In this document: piece by piece, positions 13,489 through 27,958 of the stretch
How positions within the stretch are numbered: position 1 is the stretch's first letter
Layout of the letters: every line of letters begins with the position of its first letter
NCBI RefSeq assembly: GCF_964355755.1
Contig: NC_092676.1
Location: 26,988,871 to 27,052,870 of the forward strand
Direction: 5' to 3'
DNA length: 64,000 bases
Source of the DNA: Antedon mediterranea
Lineage: Eukaryota > Animalia > Echinodermata
Notes under the pieces: generated by a model
Told to the model about the DNA's origin: nothing
Seen by the model: the letters and a program-made list of their open reading frames with translations, nothing else
Database searches by the model: none
Program-made: the position numbers and the translations under genes

Positions 13489-13981
13489 CAGTAGAACCTC
13501 CATTTTACGTACGGTACGGGACCGAAAGGATTCGTAAAATCAAGGTTGACCTTAAATTGACCCCAAATACGTAGAGATCGTAGCTAGCCGTATTTGCCTA
13601 CTTCTGTACACAGTATGCAGGTGGTCACTAGCTAGACCTAGGCCTTGCCTAGACTATTCAGGCCAGGCTAGCAGGCCTAGCAAGATGTGAGACCTAACTA
13701 GAAAAGTACAGTATATACAGGCTGTACGATGTTTAAATAAAGTGTAAAATATAATTGTTTTCTATCAATAAAAACAGTCGCTGCTTTAGGGGGAATGCAT
13801 GTGCGTAGCTCGTCCCACACACAGCGGAATTCCTCACACAGCCATGATTGTGGCTTTGTGTGCTTTGTTGTTGTTAAATTGCGCCCTCAATGTAAGAAAA
13901 TGATGACGTCATCGGTTATTTTAAGCGTACGTAAAATCGAGGGAACGTAAAATCAGGGTACGTAAAACACAGGTTCTACTG
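13489..13981. mobile_element. Tc1/mariner (pogo/Tigger-like) MITE, 493 bp
   Basis: TA|CAGTAGAACCT ... AGGTTCTACTG|TA; subterminal CGTAAAAT motif repeated at both ends. Confidence 0.85.
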
Positions 13982-14024
13982 TACTAGTATCCCCCAAATT
14001 TCTCTAAATTGGTAGCATAACGAG

Positions 14025-14080
14025 CAATGAATTTCCTTGTTGAGGATCAATAAAAGTTATCTTATCTTATCTTATCTTAT
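14025..14080 (+). mobile_element. 5'-truncated LINE/SINE 3' tail
   Basis: aatttccttgttgaggatcAATAAAag followed by (TTATC)n; layout typical of non-LTR retrotransposon 3' ends. Confidence 0.55.
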
Positions 14081-14972
14081 AAAGATAATTAACTGAGAGA
14101 GATATGAATTTCTGAGGATTTTTTGCATTTTCAACTTGCAGTCTGTATTTTCAAGTGGCAAAACAGTGATGTAGCCACAAGAAATAAAGTAGTGTGGTTT
14201 TCCCAAGAAAAGGGAAGGAACAATCTCTGTTCAAGCCACTAGGTTGTCAAAGGCCCCTGTGACAAAGTGGTCAGGTTCAAACCTTACCAAATGTACTGGT
14301 GGCTACGGCCCTGAAAAATATATTTTGCAACTCGCATTAAAATTACATTCATAGGTCTTACTCATATCTTCGGCGGATTGATTGCGATTTCTTGCGCTTA
14401 ATACTATCAATGACTATCAACATAACAGTTATGTCAGATCTCGTTTCAAAATAAATACCGGTCATTTGTAAGATTTTTTTTGTAAGTCTAATGATGTCCA
14501 CATAAACGATATTTTATATATTTCGGTTAAGTTATTATAAAAAGGTCGTGTAACAAAGCAAGTCAAGCAGTTTGTTTCATACCATTCAGTTGACATTTCT
14601 ACTGGACATGTGGATATATGTGTGTTGGTCATATTAATATTATATAAAGTTTCATAAATAATTAACAGTTAAAAATAGTTTCATATATTTGGGCTAGTTT
14701 AATTTTTTTTTTGCAAAATAAAATGTGTCGTGGTTCATTAATAATTCTAAGTTCTTAAATACCCTGTGGTATTTCAGCAAGTATAATATCTAATAGATAC
14801 TTTTATTGTTATCAATATTCAGATTTGAATCTATTATTAAGGAATTGGTAGGCAAGCATCAAGCAAAAACATCATTATATAGAATAGTATTACGCAATTA
14901 AGGTAGGAACTAAAGCTCTTTCTACACTATCAAACTTTATTTTTAAAAAAACACAATGTGATGCGCCCATAT

Positions 14973-16661
14973 CAGGGCTCGCAGAATCCTAAAATATTTG
15001 GTTGCCCTTCGGGCAAGTAGGTTTTAGGTTTTGGTTGCCCTCATCATTTTTTTACTTGCCCACTATTTTAACTTAATTTTAACGTTTTATACCGCGAAAA
15101 AACGTCGGTGAAAAACGCCTATGCTTAATACACTCTGGTGTTTTTTTCGATGGATTTTAAAGTAGTGAAAACAATTTTTCAAATTTTTTCAATTACACAG
15201 TGATGTAGGCTAATCTTTTAAAAACATTTTACAGTAATTTATTTTCTCATACGATCCTCCGTACAAGAGTTGCGATTGTTTAATTAACATGGTGTCCTGA
15301 AATCCCTTGAAAACGCTATGTTCTTTCTGTTGGTTACGCTTCGTTGCACGGCATTGTTTGTCATCGATCGAAGATGTGTTCCGTTTCGTGAATGAAAAAG
15401 GCGTATTCACGTGGGTTTACTTTGGGAGCAAAAACGTTTTGCTTCTATTGTGCAATGAAATTCCGAAATCAAGCTATTTTGCGATATTTAAAATGTAGTG
15501 GCCTAGACATGGCACTAATTATCTTACAATTATTTAATAGATATATCTAAAATATTGCCTATAGAAATGTAGGCCTCCTAGGCCTAAAAAGTTTAAACAA
15601 AGTACTTATGAAGGTGATGAGCTTGTAACGCGTTGAAATCATAGAGAAGAAAAAAAAACAAACATCAACTGACGTCCGTCTACGTGAAGTGAAACAATAC
15701 GCATGCGTATAGCAAAAAAACTCACAGCAGCTGCAGCCGTACGTAGTAGGAGCACATGGGTACGGTGTGTGGAGAGTGCGGGCTTGTGGAAGTTTACTTG
15801 TTGTTTCAGTAGAAGCTCGCACAGGTTGGATAAAAACAACCATCTGCTCGCACAAGTTTGTGATTGAAAACAACAAAAGGGAACTGTGCCGAATTGTGGT
15901 GAAAACCACGTGCTCCGCCAAGTTGGAGTTTTTGAAAGTTCAACTCTCGGCGATACCCGAAGAAGTGTATTATTTTCAATGTTGATAATAAAAAATATAC
16001 TGTAACTATTTAAGTATTCAATGTATTTATTAAATAAATTATTAGGCCTATTAAATTTATATTCTGTAATATTTATAAAAAAAAATGGTAGGCCTACTTG
16101 CCTGTGTTAAAAACATCGGCCGGTGCCTATTTGGCACAGACAATTAAAATTACGTATCTATTATAATTTAATAATATACTGTACTGTACTGTACTGTATG
16201 TAGTATAACTAGGGAGTTGTTAATTAGAAACTCCCTGGTATAATAACTTCAAATAAGTTAAAAGCCGAGAGCTAGTTCAACGCTTCCTATTTCGCGATCA
16301 ATGGATGCCGCAAGAGACCGCGTGCTATATGACAGACCTGGAAACTCTATACGCAACGACTTGTACGCCCGACTGCATAGAAACACATGTTTTGGCTCCT
16401 GGAGATAACGTTCCATACCACCGAATTCCGATCCATACATTTACTTAACAAACACTACACTGGTCTCGACGTCAAGAGAAGTCGTTCGTGCGTGACTATT
16501 ATTTTCATTGTTACAGTTTTTCACAACCCCTGTAAAACATCATGGACATTTTCGGTGATTTTAAGAGGTTGCCCGTCGGGACATGACATGTTAAATTTTA
16601 GTTGCCCGACGTATTTATTTGGTTGCCGCGGGACGTCGGGCAAGCGATTCTGCGAGCCCTG
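14973..16661. mobile_element. Non-autonomous DNA transposon, hAT-like termini, apparent 5-bp TSD
   Basis: Perfect 16-bp TIR CAGGGCTCGCAGAATC / GATTCTGCGAGCCCTG; CATAT on both sides; subterminal TTGCCC/GGGCAA motifs clustered at both ends; no transposase ORF. Confidence 0.88.
16210..16237. mobile_element. 28-bp hairpin mini-element with 7-bp TSD
   Basis: GTATAAC|tagggagttgttaattagaaactccctg|GTATAAT. Confidence 0.55.
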
Positions 16662-17941
16662 CATATATAGATAGGATGATGTCATATCACTACCGTATTT
16701 GAGCACATCACTACCATATTTGAGCACATCACACTTATTTTGTCAAACTAGTTTGATAGTGTAGAAAGAGAGCATGATTGTAATTTGGTATTATCTACCT
16801 GGAACCTGGATTGAACCAAGAACCCTGGGAGTTTAAGCAAGCACATAATTATCCCAAGCCAAACAAAACTAGCTTTATGCAGAGTTCATTATCTTTATGA
16901 AACAAACAATCAAGGCTCCTAATTTATTGCCTCTTGGAATTCTCGTTTAGCCTAAAGGATGCCAATATAAGTGGGCAGTAATTTTGCTTATCAGGGCTTA
17001 GGCAATCTGCACATCAGCATATGTCAACTATTAGAGGTACATCACTCTAATAGCAGAAAAACATACATTTTGTTGGTAAGAAGAAGACATTCTAGGGTCA
17101 TTTGGAGGTTATTAAGAAAGAAAGCAAGCAAAAGTTGATGATGTTGATGGAGATGAAGAACATTATGTCTTGATTCAAGAATGTATAGGAGATGATAATT
17201 ATGATAACAATGCTAATGATGATCTTGATAAACAATAATATGACAACATTAATTATGCGGAGTACCAACACATATAATTATAATATAATCCTATCAGTGA
17301 ACTCTGTATAACTGAATGATTCCAGACAGGGAGATTGAAAAGCACATACGGTATTCTGACGTGAGTGTGTAATCAATGTAAAACCACACAAACACAAGAA
17401 TTCCACAAACGTATCAGTAACTCAAATGCAATTATAATAACTAATTTTCATCATATAATGTATAACAAGATTACAATTAATTCTTACGATTATCAAAAAT
17501 TAGTTTAAAATTTATATATAGGTAAATTTGTTTACTTTGTGTAATGTTTCTTATAAACAATTATTCTTATTATATCCGCTTTATTATCAATTTGAGATAT
17601 ATAATGCTAGAGATCCTAAAACCATCATCTAGTTGTTGAAAATTGTTATGCGTTTTTTGGTACCCAGGGAAATATTACGCATACCTATTTTTATCGTCAA
17701 AGACGTGAAATACTCGTTTTTAATTAGTTAGGCCTACTCAGGTAAACAAAGCAAATCGTGTTAGTAATTCTTTTATGTAGACATGGAGATATCTGAGGAT
17801 AAAAAAACTTGTGTCATTTTTGTGTTCACATGGCAATAGTGATCAGTTCTGAGCACGCTCAAATGTTTCTGAGCATGTGCAGAATGACTTGATGGCTACG
17901 TAGTCTAATGGTGCGTCGCTACTATCTCACACGCTGACTTA

Positions 17942-18058
17942 TTTCACTAAGCACACATATGAATAAAATTCATTATTTATATAAAAGATATTCCTATAAT
18001 TAATTTTTTCACTAAGCACAAACAAATAAAATTCATTATTTATATAAAAGATATTCCT
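17942..18058. repeat. Tandem duplication, period ~65 bp
   Basis: tttcactaagcaca...ataaaattcattatttatataaaagatattcct, twice. Confidence 0.85.
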
Positions 18059-21000
18059 CAAAAGGCAATTGAAAGTAAATAATGAAATGAAAATATATAT
18101 AAAGGGTGAAGTTACTAACTAAATATTAATAATAATAATGAATACATCCTATAGCTTTTATGCGGTTTTAAAATTGAATAGTTATGGACAAACATATATT
18201 AAAATGGACAGATTGAACAGCTCTAGGCCAAAGGAGACTAGCTCTATGTAGATTGTTTTTCTTGGTAATTTTTTCGAATAAATTATTCAACTTGAAATTT
18301 TCACCGCAATTTACAAAGCATAATATTGACGCAATCCCAGCATGATATCTAACATCTAGGTGGCGAGGTCAATTCGCTCGCTATTCAATATGTTCTTTGA
18401 TTGAATTTACTTAAATAAAAATTGCATTTCAAATTGTTCATGTTATTGTTTAATTTTGTACGGCCTACTAGTTATTAAGAGAGTTAATTTTGGTAATGAA
18501 TTGTACGCTATTGGCTTGATTCTCTTTCTTTGAAATCATAATCCAGCAACCTTGAAATATGGTAGACTTATGTTATTCAACCATTTTTGGTTATACATAT
18601 TTATTAATCACAAATACTGATGTTTATAGACGCATAAATTGGGAAAAAAATAGGTTTAAATAATTAATAAATTTACACTCTGATATTTAATAGATTAATT
18701 CATGAATTGTATATTACATGCTTTGGAACAAAAATTATAAATACAAATTATACATGGTAAACTCATCAATTCATATCAAATTTTAAAAAAATTATCAATA
18801 AACACAAGTTTATAAATATAGTAGACTAACTATAATACAATATGTATTATTAGTTTATCAGTTGTATACAACTTAATCAATTTTTTAAATGGGTTATTTC
18901 GCTCATGCTGAATTTCCAACCGAGTGTACACTTGTTGAGGTGATCCCTTGCAGCTAGTCAGTCAGTTTTCTGGTGACCTTTTCAAAAGCGTCCTAGTTCT
19001 AGTGTTTACCAAGTAGGTGAACGACATACTGAACTTATACCTTCCACTGAGGTGAATCAAGGGTGATGGCTAGCTTCACAATTTGCACAGTCGTCTTGAG
19101 AAAATCTACTTTCCTTCAGGCTTCTGCATGTTCTAAGTCAGAATTGATCTAAAGCGATTTGGCCAGTTCTTAAATGGTTATATGGTAATGTAAAGGGTGT
19201 GTGTAAAACTCCTATTATATTATCTTTGAGTATCAAATGACGCATTTTTATTTGTATATATTTCAATTAAATTCATGTACACGGTCATGTCGTAATCTAC
19301 ATGTATTGCATTTTTACTAGACATAATTCAAATTTATCTAGTAAATAATATAACGATTTTCTTTGAATTATTAATTTTTTTATCTGACATTTAATGGTGA
19401 GAACTGATAATTAATTTGGTTAGACAATGGAGAAATAACTTATTTCTCCATGGTATTTTTACAGAAATAAATACCAAAAAAGAGATTCTAAAGAAGTGGT
19501 CCTACCTTAAGTAACAGTAAACTATACCCTACCCTCTATTGATTGATCCATGAGGTTTATACCCAAACACAAACCAAAAGTGCCATTGGTTTACCTGGAT
19601 AAACCAACATTGGCCATTATCCTCAAAGTGGAGAAAAACAAAATTTTAGTTGAATACCTGAAAATAGAACAGTCCACCTCAGCACCATCTAATGGGAGCA
19701 TACCAACATCAAGTGTTTTTAATTTATTAATAACGATTACTTTGGAAAGAATGTCTATAATATTTAGAAGAAAGTTCTGAAAATGACATATCATTGTTGA
19801 CTGTACAGTTCTCTACATTGATTTATTAATCGCCCAATGCCAAATTATTGTGAATTTATTGAGAACAATCAATACTTAGAGTATGACCAGTATTAAATTT
19901 GCACATACTCTGACATCATAACTCAATCTTAGCCTAAATACAAAGTTGGTAATAAGAAATGAAATATGCATTTCAATTGTGATTAAAGTCATCACCTCAA
20001 ATAGAAAGTTAATAATAAATAATTGTCATAATGTTAAAAAAAATGAAATCCCTATCTTTTTATTACTAAACTGCTTGAAGTATTCATTAAACATTTTTGT
20101 TATAAAATCATCATTTAGAATTTTTATTTTGGATACCTAAATTAATTTTTAAAAATTCATCCATTAAAAAAAAAGAATAAAAATTATGAAAACCAACTTT
20201 AGTTGGAAATACTGTAGAGCAGAAACTTCTATTGAAGTGATACATTCAGTATGTTACTGTGTCCCTAATATAGAATTTTCCTCTGAATAGGGGTTAAAAC
20301 TTACATGGCCATATTGTTCATTTTACCGTTAATAGAGGTATTCCCTGAATGTGGGGTGTCCCATCCTAAGAAGCGATTTTGTTATAGTAGTGGTATTTTA
20401 GAATTAATATATTATCTTTACTTCAACTTGACAAATGTAATTTATCATTCCTTTGAATTATATATTGCTTTTTTTTTCAGACACAGTGAACATAACCAAT
20501 AAATAGCATAAAACATAAAACCTGACATAAATATCTAGACCATATTCGATACCAACTAAGTCATACTTTATGACAACTGATCGAACAGTAGTGAACACTA
20601 TAACGAGTTTAATAGGCTGTATTCCGAAATCAAGAAGTCTATATCGATAGTTCTTGTCGAATTTATATCACTCAGCGTATGAAAACGACATTTTTAACGA
20701 CAGTCTTCATGCCAACAATGACAAATGATACCGATCGTAAACACTATGTTACGACGACCGAACACCACCAGAAATGTCCAAATGTCGTGAATGTGTTATA
20801 CGGTAATTACGTGTATGATGCTACATGTAGTCGGTCCCACAAGAAAACCTGGTAAGAATTAAACAAGAATTATAACCGATAATTTTTTTTGTGAATGGAC
20901 TACAGGTAGAGGAGCTATTTTTCCGATCACAACTTTCATCATAAAAATATCATACATAATTTGTATGAATTTTAACATTTTTTATCTGTTTGAGAATTTT

Positions 21001-22554
21001 AACTTTCTCAATCCTCATTGCATCTTCATGTTTGAATTTCGTCTGTATGTTTTTAAGATGGCCTCTTCAAAGTCAGCTGTAATACTGTAGTACAGCTGAT
21101 AGAGCTACTCTTGTAAACAAAGTTTATTAAATAAATAAATATTCTTTCAGAATAATGGTTTTTTTGTATGTTGGCTAAATAGCTAACTAGTACAAAGTTC
21201 CAGCAAGAGATTAAAAGGGATAGAATGAATTCAAGACATGAGAGAAAACATCCAAAATTACTTTTCAAGAAAAAGTAAATAATAATCACAAAAAAACACA
21301 AATAAAAGTATATTATTATAGTGTTAGAAATAAGCAAGCTATATGGCTATTTATTTTATTTACCTATAAATAATACAGTATTTTTTAGACATTTTTACTA
21401 TCTTCATTTCTCATTGAACAATAAAAATGGTATCTAGTCTCAATATAGCATATGTAGTAGTAAATCCTAAAGGTAATGTGATTAGGATGGGATTTGAACC
21501 ACTGACCTCAACATCTTCAACTAAATCCAGCTTATCTAATACACCATAATACTATAAAAGCTATACAGTATTATAAGATGTGTAATATAATAATAATAAA
21601 TTCATTATTTACTTATGAAATTGGACAAAGCTTTTTAGAAGATATGTGATCTTTAATGTATTTTTTTAGATTTTCCTATTTTCATAGAGTATTCATTCAT
21701 TCTTTCTTTTATTTATTTGTTAACCGAGGTTAAACAATTAAAAAAAAAAAAAAAAAATGTCGGAATCTTTGGTCCATAGAAAATAATAATAAATAATTAT
21801 GTATAAATTGATTGTATTTCTGTTGATATCTTTATGTTTTTACTAATTTCTTACTAATTGCTGTGGAATAATATAATTACTATAATAAACAACAACCATA
21901 CTCTAAATAGTTAACTATACAACTATACACATGAAGATAAATAACTCATACAATACACAAATACATATGATATCAAACATACATGATATATCTGTTAAAT
22001 TGAATACGCGTAATGGGATAAAATTTAACCAAACGTGACATTTAAATATCTACAGTCTACACACTGATAGATCATTTTCAGCGCAAATATAAATCTCTGG
22101 AATGCTTCTCTGTAAATCCTTCCACTTGTTCTGTTACTCAATACTTGTCAGTATAGCCAGTGCACATACATCATTCACCCTGTAAAAATGTCACAAGCTG
22201 GGTCATCCAGCCTAGGTTCGTTGTCACCCAATTTAGGAGTGAAATCGCTGAGTAAATCAACGTTTGGTGTAATGGTGCGTTGGTGGATTGGCGAGTTTGT
22301 GTAGGATGACTGACAGTTATATTACGTAGAAACAGCTATATTACGTAGAAAAATCAATGCTATATAAGCCAGTTTTACTAACTTTAAATTTACTATTATT
22401 AGAGGATGTGGTAGGAGACTGTTTTATAATCAGGTATGGGAATTCCCCTAAAAATTCTTCTTTTTGCATTGTCCGTCACTTTATAAGAAAATGGTTCTAA
22501 TTTTTCTAATATTGGTTTATCTAGGTAAAAGCTAGGCACGAAACAGACTTATAT

Positions 22555-22584
22555 CATGGAGTAATAATTAGTTATTACTCCATG
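22555..22584. mobile_element. 30-bp hairpin mini-element with perfect 7-bp TSD (P/Galileo-like)
   Basis: CTTATAT|CATGGAGTAATAA-ttag-TTATTACTCCATG|CTTATAT. Confidence 0.75.
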
Positions 22585-25500
22585 CTTATATATAGTAAAA
22601 ATAGTTTAACTTTTAGCTTTTTAGATATTCACAATAACTTTAAAAAATAAGTTTTAATAGAAATATCAATAAATGAATAACTAAGACATGTTATTAAAAT
22701 ATTATTTATATTACTTGCATGAAAACTAATATTTTGATCTTTACTATTTTCCTATCACCAAATCTACATTTTAATCGCGTTTTTTCACCCTTAGATTCGC
22801 TACACACCCTAAAGCAAAATCCATTTACAATGCTTTCACAACTCAACACACAAATGTTTAGTAAATGGCGTAAATGGCATCCGAAAATGAGATTTAAATT
22901 CATGCCCCGTTTACGAGTGGATTGACAATTAGCGATCGCCACGTATTCCACCTAGAAAGATGTCGTCTCAAAAACGCTGCTTTTACTTAAGTTTTAAAAC
23001 GTGATTAGAAATCAAATTAAATGAAAGACAACGTTTTTTTTGTATTCCTACTTTTTTTAAAGAATTAAGTTAAAACATTTTACTAGAAATGGACATGGTT
23101 TATTGTTAGCCCATCAAAATAACAATGTATAAACCACTATACAAGTGAATTATGGGGAGTGGAAATGGGACGAGAATATGGGAATCTTTTGCCTATAAAT
23201 ATACATATTACATTATCAATTGTGTTGTGAATGATTCAAAGGTTGGTTAGCATCTGTTACCGGTACTCATACGTTTGAACCACTGTGGAACAAATATGTC
23301 GCATTGTATTATGGATAAATATTGATGACTTGTGGAAGATCCAAAAGAAAGCAGTTAGAAATACAACTGATAGATAAAGCTTGATTTAATGCAATGGGTA
23401 TGGTTAGTTTATGTTTAATTATTGTATAGCTAATGATAGCATTTTGTACTTTTTACTATGTTATATATATGATATGGCATTTTTTAAAACAAATTTTTGT
23501 TAATTCTTTTCAATGGAAGAAATAAAGATAACTATTACTATGACTATCAATGTAGGATTTGACTGATTTCTGTTCAATTAACCCTTCTGCATAAAACAAG
23601 GTTATAAACAACTGACTAATAAGTATATAAAAATGATTAATATAATGATAATGATTAATTTTCCAACCATGAATGATTTAATAATACAAATATTATTATA
23701 AATAAATAAATTAATATAAAAAATGATGATAAAAAAAGAAAGATTTTAGAACATTCAAGTATCCAGTCAGTTTAAAAATAATTTAATAACATTTTAACAT
23801 ACATTTTTAAATTGTAATTATATAAGAAATGAGGTCCCTGTCCTATTAAGATCTAGTTATCAGGATGTAGGTACTGAGACATGAGATTCGCTAAGAGTAA
23901 CTTGGGGCAATGTTGTAAGCTCACTTTATCCATTTCATTATGTAAACACAATGGGGGATCGCTAAACAAATGCCAGTTATTGATAGTCTGAGTTCACTCG
24001 ACACTACAACATGCAAAGATGGGATGCTATCAAGTTCACTCAGGTGACCTACATATACAAGGTTTTTACACAGTGTATAGAGAACGCAGTATGTATCGCA
24101 TTTTAACATTATTGACCGATAGCAGAAAAATGATATGACGCTAAATTAAGGTTGCGCTGTTAAGAAATTCAGACATATTGAATGTTGTAGAATATCATGT
24201 GACCTGCGGGAGGGATTGTATGCGCGCATGAATTTAATATTATGCGTGTGGTGATACCCATTCAATAAGATTAACTACTGCACTTTTTGTCTCAATATGT
24301 GGTATGGAACCAATGTGATATATAGTATACAGTAGACTAAATAATCTCCAACATTTTAAATACTAACTGTATACTCTCTTTCTGGTAAGCTTGGAACGAA
24401 ACAGACATTATTTTGGATCTCAATACAAATACAAATCATCTATGACAAAAGAACCAAAATTCTTCTTTTTCTATCTAATACTGTATAGACCTTTTTTTGG
24501 TGAAATATTTTCCGATTACATAAATTAATGAAAGGTTAATTATGACGACAAGAAAATTGTGTGAACTTATTAAAAAAATTCAAATTACAAGTCAATTATC
24601 TCTCATTAAATTTTACAAATAAATCATTATTAATGAACTAGTCATATTGTTTAATCTGACAGTAAAATTATGTTTTAATGGACAGTAATAAAAAAAGAAT
24701 CAAAACCTATAATTTTTTTATAAAAACTGTATTTTTTATTAAATGTAGGTCATTCCGTGACCTGGGTGTTATACGGCAAATGTCGGCAATATACAAAGGT
24801 GGTTTTAATAATAATAATAATAATAATAATAATGAAAATATGGATGGTTTATCATTTACAATATCTGTTTGGATTTAAATAAACAATTTATTTGGAAGAT
24901 TTTAAGATAGAAAAACACACACAAAATAACAAAATCAACTCAACACACGAAGGTATGCGATTCATCCATCGTACTTGTAAAATACTAGTGGGTATGAAGA
25001 TAATTATCTCATTGTGGTGATTATTTCTAGGAATATATAAAAAATCTCATACAAAAAATATTTAAACAATAATACAATTAAATATTAAACCGAATGTGAC
25101 ATAGAAAAGACTAACCCATTTTACGATATCACATTATAGTCTTCAATTTGAAAATAATTTTAAAATAAAATTTGTTTTTAAATACTCAGATAAATGGTTT
25201 TAATCTGAAGGGACGTTTATGTTCTCGTAGAAGAAAAACGCAAAATAGAAGCAAATTGTCTACGATTTCAAACGGGATAAAATATCCAGCGATCCAACGA
25301 CTCAATCAAAATACCAACGAGATAATGATGAACATAACAGCGAAATTCCCTGCAGGTCTAAAAAAATACTTTCTTTTGGAACGTGGGAGTTTGTGGAAAA
25401 AATGCAGATCATTAGAGATAGATTCAGTTACATTTATACTATAGCTGCAACTTAATGGTAAAAGAAAGAGCAGTTAACTATAATATATGCTATAAACGAA

Positions 25501-25706
25501 TAACTTGAGACCCAATAGATTTAGCGTTTCTACTGACCAATCAGCAACTAGCGACTGAACTGAACCTTGTTTTAGTTCTAATGATTCTTTGATTTGGGAT
25601 GGAGGGAGAAATTAACAAATGCAGAAGGTGCTTCGGGCGGTACGAGTTTGAGGAGCATTGCAAATTGATGGTTCAAATGATACAGTAGTGACGAACATAT
25701 TGCATA

Positions 25707-26020
25707 ATCATGATAATAGCAATGACAGCAGTGATGATAACAATGACAGCAGTGATGATAATGATGAGAGCAGTGATGATAACCATGACAGCAGTGATGA
25801 TGATGACAGCAGTGATGATAATGATAAGAGCAGTGATGATAATGATGAGAGCAGTGATGATAACCATGACAGCAGTCATGATGATGACAGCAGTGATGAT
25901 AATGATAAGAGCAGTGATGATAATGATGAGAGCAGTGATGATAACAATGACAGCAGTGATCATAATGATGATGAGAGCAGTGATGATATTGATAAGGATT
26001 ATGATAATTATATCAATGAA
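25707..26020. repeat. 18-21-bp minisatellite built on (GAT)n
   Basis: About 13 units of ga(c/g)agcagtgatgataa(t/c)..., with a higher-order ~81-bp repetition. Confidence 0.9.
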
Positions 26021-26185
26021 TTTAAAAGATTGGATGAGATGAAATGTTAAAAATAATTATAGTATAAGTTTAATTTTATATAGCGCAATTTTTTTTTGAA
26101 GCAAAAGAATAATGATGAAAGTGCAAATGAAAAAGATGGGATTTGAGGAGTTGTTTGGAAGGGCATTCTAAAGAACAGCAAGAAA

Positions 26186-26325
26186 ATGATGATGATCACG
26201 ATGATAATATATGATGATGATGATGATATTGATGATGCTGATGATGCAGCTGATGATATTGATGATGATATTGACGATGTTATTGATGATGATGATATTT
26301 TTTGAAAAAGATGATATTGATGATT
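26186..26325. repeat. (GAT)n degenerate microsatellite
   Basis: Direct inspection. Confidence 0.85.
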
Positions 26326-27749
26326 AGGATGACATAAATAACTCCCCCCCCCCCCCCCTGTTTACTATTACGCTTATCCCCATCAAAATCTATGTAACTA
26401 ATGACTCAACATCACTCATCACCTCCTCATTCCATCACAAACATTACAATATCAAATAACAAGGTATGTTATCACACTTTGGTATCAACATCACCCTCAT
26501 AAAGTACAAGACAGTATTAACACTTAATTTCTCTATCTTCATGTTTGGACAGCCATTCATCATATTGCCTTCAACCACTACAAGTCTGGCTGTTAACTAC
26601 ACTGGGTTTATCACCATCTATTTCATTAAAAACAACAGCTATTATCTATCAACAGTGTTGCCGTCAATAGCGTGACCCATACAGCAGTATAGACTAACAA
26701 AGTCCATCTTCATTCTTTGACATTAATATAAACACCATCTCACTTGGCTCTTTTATCTCTTTCAGGTAGAGATATAGATAGAAAAGTTCGTTAAACTTTA
26801 TAGTGCTTCTAATAACTGTAATATCATTCTCAAAATTTCAAACACCTTTAGGTTATGCGCATATAATATCTTTCTATGTAAGTGATTAAGTATTAAAGAA
26901 CTATATTATTTCTCCAAATAGTGAAAGTGATCTACTAAACCCTTTCCCGCAACATCATTAAAACACACCTGGTATGCAAATGAGGAACTGTAAAATGTAC
27001 AAACAAGCTTTAAGTCAGTGTTTGAGTTATTTTTCAAGTTCGTTGAAAAGACTGATTCAAGACACATAATACTTTTAAGCCTATGTGACGGAATGAGAAA
27101 ACGAACATATTAGCATGCATTAAGACTAATGTAAGGGGAAAAACACATCCTATTTGACTACATTTGCCAAAATGAAGTTTTACTACATATTTTGTATTTG
27201 TATTACTTATAAAATACTAGTTTCAATAAGTATTTCCTTAGTGTTTTTTAAAACAAAAACGATTAAATTAATTAAGTTCCTGATTTTCGTGTATTACGAC
27301 TTAATTTGAGCCCTCACTAATCATATCTACAACCGACGTCAAAGTGAAACGTCCGGCAGCTTAATCCTTAGCCTAAGTTTCAAACTGTAGATATAAGATT
27401 ATACAGTACACAACCATAAACATATGTGGATGGAAGCTCTATTCCATATTTTTTTTAGAAACGATGTACTTTTCCATAGTTGTAGAAGCTGTGGACTACA
27501 ACAGAGTTCATTTATAATACAAAGGATATTAGAATCCACTGTACGAGTCATTATCCCCACTAATCCATATTATCAAAGCATAAGTCTCCTTATCCTAAGT
27601 ACTTTAATCCGTAATCTAATTAGTATGGAGACATATGGAATGACAAATGTCATAATAAAATAAATGGCATTACTTAAATCACAGAAAAAATTTCTCTGTG
27701 CTTAAAACAACTGCACAATAGCTAATTATATATATGTGTACTGTATATA

Positions 27750-27958
27750 CAGTATCATAGGTGAATTCTTGATACAGTGGAAAATACATATCACATGTGA
27801 CATGTGTATCTATAATTTGTGTGGTATCATTGGAAAATTCATGTTACAGTGTGACACATATATCACATGTGAAATCTGTATCTATAATTTGTGCAGTATC
27901 ATAGGAAAATTCATACAGTGTGACATATGTATCACATGTGACATCTGTATCATAGGTC
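27750..27958. repeat. ~70-bp tandem repeat, ~3 diverged copies
   Basis: gtatcatagg..aattc....tacagtg....atatcacatgtga.at.tgtatc; related sequence at 53665-53705. Confidence 0.75.

Larger units (their letters stand above)
14914..16772. mobile_element. MITE family A copy split by a 1689-bp insertion
   Basis: Left part agctctttctacactatcaaact...gcccatat (14914-14972); right part ...gatgatgtcatatcactacc...gtttgatagtgtagaaagag (16667-16772). Confidence 0.85.

Noticed and set aside
15210-16727. Short ORFs inside the 1.69-kb element as transposase remnants
   Set aside because: No BED finger, DDE or hAT dimerisation motif recognisable.
19595-19657. 63-nt minus-strand segment with good acceptor and donor
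   Set aside because: Open only in phase 2-2, incompatible with the required phase 0 to 1; peptide not receptor-like.
25658-26050. Asp/Ser-rich ORF resembling dentin phosphophoryn or biomineral proteins
   Set aside because: Open in several frames because it is a GAT-based minisatellite; TTG start, and similar GAT tracts are common in this window.
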